From NCBI GenBank assembly GCA_002410925.1, contig DHPR01000012.1, positions 20,643 to 84,642 of the forward strand: a stretch of DNA of 64,000 bases. Direction: 5' to 3'. The DNA comes from a bacterium UBP13_UBA5359 (GTDB lineage: Bacteria > UBP13 > UBA5359). The notes under the pieces are model-generated. The model worked only from the letters and a program-made list of their open reading frames with translations. It did not search any database and had not been told where the DNA came from. The position numbers and the translations under genes were made by a program. This document shows positions 1 through 10,261 of the stretch, piece after piece. Numbering within the stretch: position 1 is the stretch's first letter; each line of letters starts with the position of its first letter.

Positions 1-459
1 AACCAGGCCGGTAATACCTATGCCTATGCCGAATATTCTGATTCGGCCGGCCACTCCGTGCCTTATGGTTTCGATCATCTCTGCAATCTTAGCAATAGCC
101 GACATAGGAGACAGCTCGGTTATGTCCTCTTCATATACTCGGTCTATCCCGGCGCCTAAATCCACCAGGCCGGCACGAATTCTACCGGACACCAATTCCA
201 CTCCGATTACATAGCCTGCCCCGGGAGCGAATTTCAAAAGAACCGGACGTCGGCCACCGGCCGATTCTTCATGTCCGGCTTCATGAACAAAGCCCCTTTG
301 CAAAAGATCATCTACGATATTGGTAACCGTGGCTGAACTGAGAGAGACTATCTCCGTCAAGGCAGTTCTGGATACAGGCCCTTTATCACGAATAGCCCGT
401 AAAATCAAAGATTTGTTCATCTCGTGCATTAAACGTCTGTTGCCTATAGTTGCATCCAT
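1..459 (-). CDS. ROK-family (NagC/XylR-like) transcriptional regulator, runs off the window edge
   Basis: Own translation of the minus strand from ATG 459 (RBS GAGGTG): MDATIGNRRLMHEMNKSLILRAIRDKGPVSRTALTEIVSLSSATVTNIVDDL...SAGGRRP...VIGVEL...GIGIGITGLV, a wHTH plus ROK N-terminus. Not in the ORF track because it is open at the edge. Confidence 0.88.
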   Translation of the reverse strand, partial: MDATIGNRRLMHEMNKSLILRAIRDKGPVSRTALTEIVSLSSATVTNIVDDLLQRGFVHEAGHEESAGGRRPVLLKFAPGAGYVIGVELVSGRIRAGLVDLGAGIDRVYEEDITELSPMSAIAKIAEMIETIRHGVAGRIRIFGIGIGITGLV

Positions 460-561
460 TAAGCCCTTTTCACCTCTTAAGCTTCTTTGCGGCTTCTTAT
501 GCCTGTTTTACAAGCAGGTAGAAGGAGCTTTTTTTATTCATAAAAATAATAGCCTATTATT

Positions 562-590
562 GAATTCTATGCCTTTTAAAGAAATCCTTT
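562..590 (-). promoter_or_regulatory. sigmaH-like promoter upstream of ROK regulator
   Basis: AAAGGATTT-N11-ATAGAATT; matches the B. subtilis sigmaH consensus RNAGGAWWW-N11/12-RNNGAATWW. Confidence 0.5.
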
Positions 591-654
591 TAAAAGAAAC
601 CGGCATTTCAGAGCTTTGCAGATGCAAATGCATCTCCGTACTGAACGACACTCC

Positions 655-1908
655 TCAATTTTGCATCTCGCCTTTCAAACAACCGGCCATTTCCATAGCG
701 GCTATTGCAATCTTGCGAGCAGCACCCTTTTTTCCGGCTATCTCCTGCAGTTCCGCGGATATGCGCCGCCGTTCTTCAGAATTTTTCAGTTGCTTTGCAG
801 CCTCCTCAGCCACCTGTAATGCGTATATTCTGCCTCTTACTTCTGGTACGATAAAGCGTTGAGCACGCATATTGGGCAATGCTGTATATGGATATCTAAC
901 GGCCATCCTTTTAATAATCGCTCTCTTCAAAGGCTTTCCAAAAACCGGCAGCATGGAGATAAGCCCTCCTGGACCGCTGATGACTATCTCTTCAGCCTTG
1001 TTCAAGGGCGCAATTATCACCATAGGAGTTCCAAGACCGGCAGCTTCCATAGTCTTGGTGCCTGGAATGGTTACCATCAGGTCAGACACTTTCATGAGAT
1101 CATATTGATAATCCTTGATTATCTCTACCACCGTTCCGTTCTCAGTATGGATGGCCGGCAATACTCCGCAGGTGGAAACACGTCCGGTGGTGCCTTCGAT
1201 ATATTCATCTTTGAAATAGGATATATACCCCTCAATCTGCTGAAGGGTAGCAAAAGGGGATAAAGAAAGGAAAAAACGAAGTCCCTCTACCTTTTTTGAG
1301 AGAAGCTCGGCCGTTCTTAGTAAAAAGGGAGTAAAGTACTTCAACTCATAGGGACGGCTGCCGGGATAGAGGGATATTACCCTTTCATCGGCGCCTACAC
1401 CCCACTCTGCTCTGGCATCATCCAGTTCGGTTTCCACTGCATCCAGCATCAGGTCTCCCCCAACTTCTATAGAGGCCGGCTTTGCTCCCCGGCGTCGCAG
1501 TTCATCCATAACTTGCACAGAGGAAACAAAGACACGGTCCAGATGCTCTGTCCAGTACCGCCCTGTATATTCATAAGCCAGGATAGGAGCACCGATCCTT
1601 CGTTTTAACAGCAAGGGATAGATATTCTCTCCCCCCATATAGATAATGGTCGTTCCCTCTTTATTCTCTCTCAGGCAGGGTATGGAGCCGGGCCAAACGA
1701 TATATTTGAGGTATTCCAGAGGACCAATCACACGGCTTATACCGGGGAGCCTGCCCAGCACAGCACCCTCATTACCGGAACGCCACTGACAAGGAGGATT
1801 AATGATGATAATCTCCGCATCCGGAGCTATTGTTTTTATCTCTCTAAGGGTGGGTCTGACCCAAGAATAAACCTCACCGGGTGAATTGGCAAAGAATATA
1901 AACCTCAT
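655..1908 (-). CDS. Lipid-A-disaccharide synthase-related (LpxB-like) GT-B glycosyltransferase
   Basis: LYPGSR, VTIPGTKTMEAAGLGTPMV and ALPN motifs are LpxB-like, but the N-terminus is NSPGE rather than AGEASGD. Adjacent to lpxB. Confidence 0.75.
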   Translation of the reverse strand: MRFIFFANSPGEVYSWVRPTLREIKTIAPDAEIIIINPPCQWRSGNEGAVLGRLPGISRVIGPLEYLKYIVWPGSIPCLRENKEGTTIIYMGGENIYPLLLKRRIGAPILAYEYTGRYWTEHLDRVFVSSVQVMDELRRRGAKPASIEVGGDLMLDAVETELDDARAEWGVGADERVISLYPGSRPYELKYFTPFLLRTAELLSKKVEGLRFFLSLSPFATLQQIEGYISYFKDEYIEGTTGRVSTCGVLPAIHTENGTVVEIIKDYQYDLMKVSDLMVTIPGTKTMEAAGLGTPMVIIAPLNKAEEIVISGPGGLISMLPVFGKPLKRAIIKRMAVRYPYTALPNMRAQRFIVPEVRGRIYALQVAEEAAKQLKNSEERRRISAELQEIAGKKGAARKIAIAAMEMAGCLKGEMQN

Positions 1909-3050
1909 CAGGATTCCCTCAGTATCTCCAGTATTTTTTCGGCAACTCTGCGGTTGGCACCGGCTTCTCCCAAAGAACCCATGGCCATGGCCAATTGCTG
2001 CTTCATAATTACAGCTCTCTGAGGATCAGCCATTAGAGAACAGACCTCTTCTGCTATGCGGCCCGGGCTGGCTTCATATTGCAGCAGTTCGGTTATAACA
2101 GGGCGATCCAGAATTATATTGGGCATGGAAATAAAGGGTATCTTTAAAAAAAGTCTGGCCTGTATCCATGTCGGAAGATTGCTTCTGTAAACAACCGTCA
2201 TCGGCACACCAGCAGCCGCCGCCTCTAAAGTAGCCGTGCCGGAAGTTACCAGCATCTGATTACATAAAGCCATGACATCATATGAATACCGATCTGTGAT
2301 CGTTATCTCTGCCGAGGTATGCTTAAGCAGCGGTTGCAATACAGAGAGCGATAGATTCGGCGCTTTGATGAGTACAAAGCTGACCCCTTTGACTCTGGAG
2401 GATACTATCTCCGCCGCCTTCAACATAACAGGAAGAATATGCTTTATCTCGGATGCCCGGCTGCCCGGCATCAGGCCTATAGTGTACGCATTTATATCCA
2501 GCTTAAAAATCCTGGCCAGCTCCTCTTTAGGAAGGAGAGGCTTGACCCAATCCAGAACGGGATGCCCGACAAATTCAGCCCTGCATCCGGCTTCGGCCAA
2601 TACGTCGGCCGACCAGGGAAAAGGAGTAGCCACCCATGCGGCTAATTCAGCCAGATCCACAGCATATCGTGATTTGCGCGACCAGGAAGATGGTGGGAAA
2701 TAGTAGACCACAGGAATACCCAGAGCATGCGCGATTTTTGCCAGGCGCATATTGAAGAATGGATAATCTATGAGCAAAAGCAATGCAGGACGAACTTCAG
2801 CCAGATATTTCTTCAGCCGTCGTAACTCTCCTATAAGCCGGGGGGAGATACGAAGAGCATCTGCCAGGCCTATAACACCCCAATCGGAACTGTCACACAG
2901 CAATTCCACGCCTGCTTCGCGCATTTTGGAGCTTCCGACACCCGTTAGTCTTATATTGGAAGATGATTGAAGAAGATGACTGGCCACGGCCGAGCCGTTA
3001 AGATCGCCGGAGGCCTCTCCGGCCACAATCATGACGTGATAATCAGCCAT
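1908..3050 (-). CDS. lpxB: Lipid-A-disaccharide synthase
   Basis: VAGEASGD, IDYPFFN, FVGHP, LMPGSR, SGTATLE and ISMPNI motifs. Start refined to ATG 3050. Confidence 0.95.
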   Translation of the reverse strand: MADYHVMIVAGEASGDLNGSAVASHLLQSSSNIRLTGVGSSKMREAGVELLCDSSDWGVIGLADALRISPRLIGELRRLKKYLAEVRPALLLLIDYPFFNMRLAKIAHALGIPVVYYFPPSSWSRKSRYAVDLAELAAWVATPFPWSADVLAEAGCRAEFVGHPVLDWVKPLLPKEELARIFKLDINAYTIGLMPGSRASEIKHILPVMLKAAEIVSSRVKGVSFVLIKAPNLSLSVLQPLLKHTSAEITITDRYSYDVMALCNQMLVTSGTATLEAAAAGVPMTVVYRSNLPTWIQARLFLKIPFISMPNIILDRPVITELLQYEASPGRIAEEVCSLMADPQRAVIMKQQLAMAMGSLGEAGANRRVAEKILEILRES

Positions 3051-3840
3051 CGGATTGTGCACGGCTCTCACGGCAGATACCACGCCCCATAGTCTGGAGA
3101 AACTCTATCAGGTGATTTAACTCCCACGAAGCGTTGATGGTCGCCTCTATCTCTTCCAGCGCCTGCGTCAGATTATTATTGGACCGGAAAAGCAACTTAT
3201 AGGCTCTCTTTAATTCCAATCTGACTTCGGATGATATGCCGCCGCGGCGCATACCTATACTGTTGAGTCCATATACTTTGGTCGGCCTGCCGTCGACCAG
3301 CATATAGGGAGGTATATCCTGTATAACTCTGGATGCTCCACCGATCATACAGATCGTCCCGATACGCACAAATTGATGTACGCCTGTCAAACCGCCGATA
3401 ACAGCCTTATCTTCAACCAAAACATGGCCTCCCAGATTTACCATGTTGGCCATCATGACCCCATTGCCGATAACGCAATTATGACCGACATGACCATACG
3501 CCATGATCATATTGTTATCGCCTATAACAGTAGCGTTATCTTCGCCGGTAGCCCTATGAACGGTAACATACTCTCTGAATACATTGTTATTGCCGATACG
3601 CACATAGCTTCTTTCGCCCCGGTATTTCACATCCTGAGGCATACCGCCGATAACAGCCCCTATACCCACCTGGCAATCCATTCCCAAAGATACACAGCCT
3701 TCTATTACAGCATGAGAGGAGATGACCGTTCTATCGCCGATAATTGCATCCGGCCCTATTATCGCATATGGGCCTATCTCAACATCCTTTCCCAGTTCGG
3801 CTTTGGGATTCACAATAGCCAGCTTATCTATTTTCAGCAT
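3043..3840 (-). CDS. lpxA: Acyl-ACP--UDP-N-acetylglucosamine O-acyltransferase
   Basis: Hexapeptide repeats, PQDVKY, REYVTVHRAT, HVGHNC, HQFVRIG, GLNSIGMRR. Confidence 0.96.
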   Translation of the reverse strand: MLKIDKLAIVNPKAELGKDVEIGPYAIIGPDAIIGDRTVISSHAVIEGCVSLGMDCQVGIGAVIGGMPQDVKYRGERSYVRIGNNNVFREYVTVHRATGEDNATVIGDNNMIMAYGHVGHNCVIGNGVMMANMVNLGGHVLVEDKAVIGGLTGVHQFVRIGTICMIGGASRVIQDIPPYMLVDGRPTKVYGLNSIGMRRGGISSEVRLELKRAYKLLFRSNNNLTQALEEIEATINASWELNHLIEFLQTMGRGICRESRAQSDG

Positions 3841-3897
3841 TATCTTTCACACCTTCCGCCCTAGACAACTTGAATATCCGGAAATACGGCATACCCG

Positions 3898-5022
3898 TTA
3901 GCCTTTATTTGGAGTCCAATCTCCAATCACTTCTATTATTCTATCTATCTCCCACTCGTCCAGAAGCGGATGCACGGGAAGAGATACCACCTGAGCGGAG
4001 AGATCCTCCGCCACCGGGCAATAAGAATCTCCGTAACCCAGCTCCTTGTAAAGCGATTGTTTATAAGAGGGCTGTGGATAGAAGAGGCCATAGCCTATAC
4101 CCTCTCGCTCCAGATACTTCAACAGATCTTCTCTGCCCTGCGGCACTTTGATAGTATACTGATTGAAAGCATGACGGCAACCATCAGGTACCCAGGGAGT
4201 GATTACACCGGAAAGGCCTGACAGGCCATCTGTCAAGCGGGAAGCATTAGCCGACCTGGCCGCTATAAAATCATCCAGGTCTTCCAGTTGAGTGGAACCG
4301 ATAACAGCGGCGATATTGGTCAGGCGATAGTTATAACCCAGGATTTCATGTTGATACCGTATTGCTGAACCGTGATTTACCAGCAGCCGGCAACGTTCAG
4401 CCAGCTCATTATCCGAAGTTACAACCATGCCTCCCTCACCGCAGGTCATGTTTTTCGTGGGATAAAAGCTGAAAGCTGAAAGCAGACCTATGCTTCCAAC
4501 CATGCGGCCTTTATATAAAGCTCCGTGCGCCTGAGCACAATCCTCAATAACAGTCAGGCCGTATTCGGCAGCTACATCGATTACAGCATCCATGTCACAG
4601 GGCAGTCCAAAGAGATGAACAACCAACACAGCCTTAGCCTTGGGATGTTCTCGGGCTGCTTTGCGAATTGCTTCCGGATCCAGATTATATGTAGCCGGAT
4701 TTACATCGGCAAATACCGCCCTGGCTCCGCAATACAGCACTGCATTGCTAGTGGCAATAAAGGTAAACGGCGTAGTGATAACCTCATCGCCCGGGCCTAT
4801 ACCGGCAGCCAGCAACGCCACATGCAAGGCCGTCGTCCCGGAGGAGGTTGCAATACCCTCTGTGGCGCCTGTATATCCGGCAAAAGCCTGTTCAAACTTG
4901 CGCACCTCATCCCCTGAAGCGATAAAGCCGCTCCCAAGGACCTCCATAACCCGAGCTTTTGTTCTTTCGGATATATTAGGCTTAGCTATAGGAATATGAC
5001 ACCTAGTCATCATCATCTCCAC
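3898..5022 (-). CDS. DegT/DnrJ/EryC1/StrS PLP-dependent sugar aminotransferase (possible GnnB/WbpE-like)
   Basis: [23 protein letters not shown] (PLP lysine), GEGG, GYNYR. Overlaps the fabZ stop; true start is probably one of the tandem ATGs near 5010-5016. Confidence 0.92.
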   Translation of the reverse strand: MEMMMTRCHIPIAKPNISERTKARVMEVLGSGFIASGDEVRKFEQAFAGYTGATEGIATSSGTTALHVALLAAGIGPGDEVITTPFTFIATSNAVLYCGARAVFADVNPATYNLDPEAIRKAAREHPKAKAVLVVHLFGLPCDMDAVIDVAAEYGLTVIEDCAQAHGALYKGRMVGSIGLLSAFSFYPTKNMTCGEGGMVVTSDNELAERCRLLVNHGSAIRYQHEILGYNYRLTNIAAVIGSTQLEDLDDFIAARSANASRLTDGLSGLSGVITPWVPDGCRHAFNQYTIKVPQGREDLLKYLEREGIGYGLFYPQPSYKQSLYKELGYGDSYCPVAEDLSAQVVSLPVHPLLDEWEIDRIIEVIGDWTPNKG

Positions 5023-5455
5023 TGGTCACCAAGGCAAAAGTAAACTCTCCTTCGGCAGCCACCTGACCATCGACTTTAGTTTCCACCCATACCTTACCTA
5101 TATTGCCTCTGTTTTTCAACAACGTTACTTCGGTAACCATCTGATCCCCGGGCAGAACGGTTCGCCTGAAACGTATCTTATCCATACCGCCGAAATAAGC
5201 CAGCTTTCCTTCATTGCCGGTCATAGATAACAACAGAACGCCGCCAACCTGAGCCATAGCTTCCAGCACCAATACGCCGGGCATAACAGGATGGCCTGGA
5301 AAGTGCCCGTTAAAGAAATCTTCATTGACGGTAACATTCTTAATGCCCATAGCCCTCTTGCCGGGCTCCATCTCTATTATCCGATCCACCAAAAGAAATG
5401 GATATCGATGAGGCAATATTCTCTTAATGGCGTTGATATCAAGCACCAAACTCAC
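5003..5455 (-). CDS. fabZ: 3-hydroxyacyl-ACP dehydratase
   Basis: [11 protein letters not shown] and [22 protein letters not shown] motifs. Confidence 0.97.
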   Translation of the reverse strand: MSLVLDINAIKRILPHRYPFLLVDRIIEMEPGKRAMGIKNVTVNEDFFNGHFPGHPVMPGVLVLEAMAQVGGVLLLSMTGNEGKLAYFGGMDKIRFRRTVLPGDQMVTEVTLLKNRGNIGKVWVETKVDGQVAAEGEFTFALVTSGDDDD

Positions 5456-6266
5456 TCCTTTTCATCATAGCCGCAGCCAATTCCAAATGTTGGAAATGAC
5501 CGGACTTTATTCCTATAAACATTGCCAGAGGCACTCCCCCTAACAGCGCCAGGTCACCAATCATATCAAGAAGCTTATGCCGAGCCGGTTCATCTGCAAA
5601 CCTCAGAGGCGCAGAAGATCCCTCCGGACCGAATATCAAAGCATTGTCCAGGCTTCCTCCCAGAGCCAGCCCCTGCTTGAACAGCTCCTCTACCTCTTCG
5701 CGGAAACCGAAGGTTCTGGCCGGGGCTACCTGCTCTGCCAAAGTTGGATCGTCATAATCAACGGCAGCCCGCTGCGGACCGATATAAGGGAAATTTACCA
5801 TTACCTCCAGGCTGTACTTATCAGCGGGAAAAGCACACATAGCCGTATCCCCCCAAGCAAGCCACAGAGGCTCCTTTAGCCGAATAACCCTTCGCATCGC
5901 ATCGAGGTTATATATGGATGCCTTTCGTAGCAATCCGATAAAGGGAAGTGCACTGCCGTCAAGAATAGGCATCTCCGGACCGTCTAATTCGACGGTAAGG
6001 TTATCTATACCCAATATGCTCAGCGCAGCCAGAAGATGCTCCACCGTCGCCACTCCGGCACCATCTCGCTCCAGGGAGGTGCCTCTGCGGGTGGACGAAA
6101 CAAAAGAATACAAAGCCGGAACAGTCTTCCCCCCCAGGTCGGTTCGCACAAAATTAATCCCGCTGCCTTCGCAAGCGGGTTTAAAGGTAGCTTTTACCAT
6201 TCGGCCTGTATGAATACCTATACCTTCAATGCACACAGACCTGCCGATAGTTCTCTGAGAATACAT
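5439..6266 (-). CDS. lpxC: UDP-3-O-acyl-N-acetylglucosamine deacetylase
   Basis: QRTI...[44 protein letters not shown]. Start refined to ATG 6266. Confidence 0.95.
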   Translation of the reverse strand: MYSQRTIGRSVCIEGIGIHTGRMVKATFKPACEGSGINFVRTDLGGKTVPALYSFVSSTRRGTSLERDGAGVATVEHLLAALSILGIDNLTVELDGPEMPILDGSALPFIGLLRKASIYNLDAMRRVIRLKEPLWLAWGDTAMCAFPADKYSLEVMVNFPYIGPQRAAVDYDDPTLAEQVAPARTFGFREEVEELFKQGLALGGSLDNALIFGPEGSSAPLRFADEPARHKLLDMIGDLALLGGVPLAMFIGIKSGHFQHLELAAAMMKRSEFGA

Positions 6267-6272
6267 GGCAAG

Positions 6273-6302
6273 ATTATAGCATACGCCCGCTATCTTCGGC
6301 AA
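6273..6302 (-). promoter_or_regulatory. Internal sigma70/sigmaA promoter with extended -10, directly before the lpxC ATG
   Basis: TTGCCG-N18-TATAAT preceded by TGn. The ATG follows 6 nt later with no Shine-Dalgarno. Confidence 0.55.
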
Positions 6303-6316
6303 CCGCCCCTCGGCTG

Positions 6317-7342
6317 CTATTTCTTCTTGTCGGACATCTTCTCCAACCGGGCCTGAAGCTTTCTCAAAGCCTTGGCCATTTCAGGAAGCTTACGTAAATA
6401 TGCCTGTATTCTCATCTGCTCATGATGAGGCCTGGCCGGATATCCGGAAACAAAAGAGCCTTCATCCAAATTGCTTATAACACCGGAATGTGCTCCTACA
6501 ATCGCGTCGTCGCCGATGGTGATATGATCTTTGACTCCTACCTGTCCGGCCAGAATAGCCCGATTGCCTATCCTGACGCTGCCGGATATGCCTACCTGGG
6601 CTACAATTATACTCTTCTCTCCAATGCTGACGTTATGGCCTATGTGAACCAGGTTATCTATCTTGGTGCCATCCTTGATAGTGGTCGTTCCGGTAGTAGC
6701 TCTGTCTATGGTAACATTGGCGCCTACCTCAACGTAATCTTCAATTACCACCGTGCCTATCTGCGGCACTTTGTAATGGTAATTGCTGGATTTAACGTAG
6801 CCGAAACCATCGCTGCCGATAACCGCACCGGCATGAATGATAACTTTTTTACCGATAGTGATCTGGCTATAGATGGTTACATTGGGGTAAATTATGGTAT
6901 CATTGCCTATCTTGACGTTATCTCCAATATGAACGCCAGGATATATAACCACCTTATCGCCCAGCGTAACGTTCTTTCCAATATAGACATTGGCCTGAAC
7001 AGATACATCCTCCGGAGCGTTGAAATTATCTCCGATTACTGCGGTTGGATGGATGCCGAAAGGAGCTTCATCTCTCCAGGCAAAGACTTTTAATATTTTT
7101 GCAAATGCCAGGCGAGGATTCTCTACCAGAAGAAGCGGCTTGCCGTCCACTTGCGACCCCATAGGAGCAATAACGGCAGCAGCGGCTGATGAGATGGCCC
7201 GACTTAATATTCCGGGGTTCTCCGCCCATGTAAGATGCTCCTCCTCCGCATTCTCCACAGCCGTCACACCAATGATGGCGACATCATCGCCAACTACGAT
7301 GCCGCCGACCACCTCAGCCAGTTCTGAAAGCCTTTTCATCAT
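6317..7342 (-). CDS. lpxD: UDP-3-O-(3-hydroxyacyl)glucosamine N-acyltransferase
   Basis: NPRLAFA, IGSDGFGY, KVPQIG, IDRAT, TKIDNLVHIGHNV, GYPARP. Confidence 0.96.
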   Translation of the reverse strand: MMKRLSELAEVVGGIVVGDDVAIIGVTAVENAEEEHLTWAENPGILSRAISSAAAAVIAPMGSQVDGKPLLLVENPRLAFAKILKVFAWRDEAPFGIHPTAVIGDNFNAPEDVSVQANVYIGKNVTLGDKVVIYPGVHIGDNVKIGNDTIIYPNVTIYSQITIGKKVIIHAGAVIGSDGFGYVKSSNYHYKVPQIGTVVIEDYVEVGANVTIDRATTGTTTIKDGTKIDNLVHIGHNVSIGEKSIIVAQVGISGSVRIGNRAILAGQVGVKDHITIGDDAIVGAHSGVISNLDEGSFVSGYPARPHHEQMRIQAYLRKLPEMAKALRKLQARLEKMSDKKK

Positions 7343-7346
7343 AGCT

Positions 7347-8351
7347 TTATTGCCTTCCCTTCTTTAAGATATCGGCTACTTCAGCCGTGAGATCTGTGCA
7401 ATTATGCAACGGTACGGCACCGCCGATGACTACTGCCAAACCGTTTTCTGCTGCCAGAGCCGCAGATATTGCCCTCAATGCCTTATCATTATAAGTTTTC
7501 TGCCTTTTACCCGCCGACACTTCGGCCTGCAGCCGCCGTTCGCGATCTACACCGATAGCCTCATCTCCCCTTCTGCCATTCAGATTCTTCTCTGCTTCAG
7601 ACCAGACACCAACGTGTAAAGAGCTCCATTCCGGTACAGGCAGGGGCAAAGAGAGCTCGTCTATATCTCTCTTTCTTGCCGAACGTAACTCCGCCGTCTT
7701 AGCCGATGCTTCAAATGATAACCGCGTCTTTATCTCTTCTTGCAATAATTTTTTATAATTTTCCAGCTCTGCCGATACCCTGCCTCGTCGCTCGGACAGC
7801 TCCTGGTCAAGATCCTTTTTAAACTTTTCCAGGTCGACATTGAGGCCGTCTTTCTCTGCCGGAGAGGCGTATAACATCCTTAGCTCTGCATTGATTATTT
7901 TTAAACGCATATCAAGCAGAACGGGATCTTCATCAGAGAATATCTCTGCCCTGCGAGCGGCATATTTCTCACAGAAGCGCTCATCGGCTGCTCGTGTCAG
8001 AGATTCTGCCGTATAGGAGAGCCCCTCGGCGATCAGCATTCTTTCCTCATCCTGATACTCGCTGTTATGTATCTTCTGCAACATAGCTCGAACATTCACC
8101 CCGACGGGCATGAATTTCGATAAACCGGTCAGAAAGCCACCGACATACTCCGTTGTTCGCCTGCCGGCGACCATTCCCGTCACGGCAGCAAAGGACTGAG
8201 GCGGAGTATACCCGGGCAGGCCCAATCCTTGAAGATGAGAGAGGCTTATGACCCCTACCGATGGTTCTCCTCCGCTTATATAGCCTGCTGTACCGGCTGT
8301 TGCCATGCAGATTGCCAGAGCTATGATTTTAACCCAACCAGCTTTTCTCAA
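7347..8351 (-). CDS. Elongated OmpH/Skp-like periplasmic chaperone
   Basis: Signal peptide, VGVISL strand, long coiled coil, C-terminal AAENGLAVVI...DLTAEV like OmpH. Sits between bamA and lpxD. Confidence 0.6.
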   Translation of the reverse strand: MRKAGWVKIIALAICMATAGTAGYISGGEPSVGVISLSHLQGLGLPGYTPPQSFAAVTGMVAGRRTTEYVGGFLTGLSKFMPVGVNVRAMLQKIHNSEYQDEERMLIAEGLSYTAESLTRAADERFCEKYAARRAEIFSDEDPVLLDMRLKIINAELRMLYASPAEKDGLNVDLEKFKKDLDQELSERRGRVSAELENYKKLLQEEIKTRLSFEASAKTAELRSARKRDIDELSLPLPVPEWSSLHVGVWSEAEKNLNGRRGDEAIGVDRERRLQAEVSAGKRQKTYNDKALRAISAALAAENGLAVVIGGAVPLHNCTDLTAEVADILKKGRQ

Positions 8352-8419
8352 GCAAAACTCCTCATCTATAACGGTCTGTAGACCATTATGTATTCGGACT
8401 GTTTCAACCGGATAAAAAG

Positions 8420-10111
8420 CTAAAACATTTGTCCAATGCTAAAGTGGATTCGTCCGCCGGCTTCACCGATACCATAATCCAATCGTATGGGACCTATCGG
8501 AGTTTCCACTCTGATACCGGCTCCATAGCCTACCTTCAATTCTCCTTCATTCCCCAGAGGAACTGTCTGCCCCCAGACTTTACCACTATCAACGAAGAAG
8601 ACGCCGGCCAGATTTTTGTTCACTGGAACTCTGTACTCGACTGTAGCCGATAGAACATTGTTGGCGCGGAGGAAGTCCTCCTTAAAACCGCGTAGATTGA
8701 AGGCGCCTCCCAGTGTAAACTTCTCATAAACCGGTATATCTCCTGTTCCAAGGCCGGTATTGAATCGCAATGCCAGCACATGATTCTTCCGGCTCAACCG
8801 AACATAACGCCGAAAATCCAGGATATACTTATTAAAGTCAAAAGTTCCTCCCAGCCATCCCCCGGCTTGTATAGCAGAAAAGCTTGTTCTGGAGCCAGAG
8901 GTTGCATTGGCAAAGATATCCCGTGTATCTCTAACCGTAGCCCATTCCAAACTGCGCAAAGGCCCTTCCGGCAATCCGCCGGTATTATTGGCAATACTCA
9001 CATCTTCAGCTCTATAAGCAAAAGAAGTGCGCACATTTTCACTTAGGGGGCGTCCCAGAGCCAGGCTGCCACCCTTGCGTGTTTCGGTGAATTTATCGGC
9101 AGTTTCCCTGAACCGCTCTTTGGTAGTATCGTAAACTGATACATCCAACGAAGTATTATGTTTATCCAGCCACGGCTCTCTAAAAGAGAGCTCATAGCTC
9201 TGCTCTGTGCCGAACTCCAGACGAGCTGAAATTTTCTGACCCACACCTCTAAAATTGGTATCGGAGACTTCCAGACTGCCTACCAGTCCCTCTTTAGAGC
9301 TGTACCCCAAACCGGCTGAAGCATTACCGGTCTTGCGCTCTATTACCTTTATAATCAATATTACCTGTCCTGGCTTGGCTCCCGCTTCTACTCTGCTGGT
9401 CACATCCTCAAAAAATCCCAGATTGAAGACTCGCTGCAAGCTCTTACGAATCTTATCTCGCTCAAAAACGTCACCGGGTTTTACCAGCAGCTCTCGCACA
9501 ACAACGAAAGCCTTGGTTTTTTGCAAACCCTCCACCCGGATATCCTCTATGACACCTTCAGCGATAGTCAGTATAATGACGCCCTCCGGCGTTACGTTTA
9601 CATCCACAACCCTGGCCAAAACATAACCAGCATCCTGATAAAGCTTCTCTATAGCAGCAATGTCTCCTCGCAGCACAGCTGTATCCAGCACATCTCCAGG
9701 CTGCGTCTTCATGGCCGATCGTAGTTTTTCACTGGTAAAGATAGTATTTCCCTCGAAATTAACGGCGGTGATTACGGGGTTCTCCTTGACCCGTATCAAC
9801 AGAATCACCCTGCCGTTTTCACTGTTGATCTCCGGCCTGACCTCACTGAATTTCCCCAGCGCCAGAATAGCTTCGCAATCGGCCTTTACCCGATCCTTGT
9901 CTACGACATCCCCCACCCTGAGCTTCATTCTGGACAGGATATCGCCTACCGTTACCTTGATATTGCCTTCCACCCTGATGCCGTCTATCTTGATCTCTCC
10001 CAAGGTACTATCAGCCGCATACGCGGAGAGTAACGGCAAGAGAAAGATGATCAGCAATGAAGAAAGAAAATACCTGAAAATCTTATGTTTCAACTTCATC
10101 CCTCGTTTCAA
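8420..10111 (-). CDS. bamA: BamA/Omp85 outer-membrane assembly factor (about 3 POTRA domains)
   Basis: POTRA repeats, LGFFEDV, LRGF, YGAGIRVETPIGPIRLDYG, terminal HFSIGQMF. Confidence 0.93.
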   Translation of the reverse strand: MKRGMKLKHKIFRYFLSSLLIIFLLPLLSAYAADSTLGEIKIDGIRVEGNIKVTVGDILSRMKLRVGDVVDKDRVKADCEAILALGKFSEVRPEINSENGRVILLIRVKENPVITAVNFEGNTIFTSEKLRSAMKTQPGDVLDTAVLRGDIAAIEKLYQDAGYVLARVVDVNVTPEGVIILTIAEGVIEDIRVEGLQKTKAFVVVRELLVKPGDVFERDKIRKSLQRVFNLGFFEDVTSRVEAGAKPGQVILIIKVIERKTGNASAGLGYSSKEGLVGSLEVSDTNFRGVGQKISARLEFGTEQSYELSFREPWLDKHNTSLDVSVYDTTKERFRETADKFTETRKGGSLALGRPLSENVRTSFAYRAEDVSIANNTGGLPEGPLRSLEWATVRDTRDIFANATSGSRTSFSAIQAGGWLGGTFDFNKYILDFRRYVRLSRKNHVLALRFNTGLGTGDIPVYEKFTLGGAFNLRGFKEDFLRANNVLSATVEYRVPVNKNLAGVFFVDSGKVWGQTVPLGNEGELKVGYGAGIRVETPIGPIRLDYGIGEAGGRIHFSIGQMF

Positions 10112-10216
10112 AGCATGTCCGCTTAAGAGTAACGGAGTTCAAAATACGGCATAAATATACCGGCAATAGCGGATAAGCTATCCCCAGGCTACTCTGAATT
10201 CCAACTTCTAATTGGC

Positions 10217-10231
10217 AGTTATCTGATAACT
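10217..10231. promoter_or_regulatory. Palindrome upstream of bamA (putative operator)
   Basis: Perfect AGTTATC-T-GATAACT in the tamB-bamA intergenic region. Confidence 0.3.
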
Positions 10232-10261
10232 ACCCCACATAATATCATAAAGCTACAAGGC

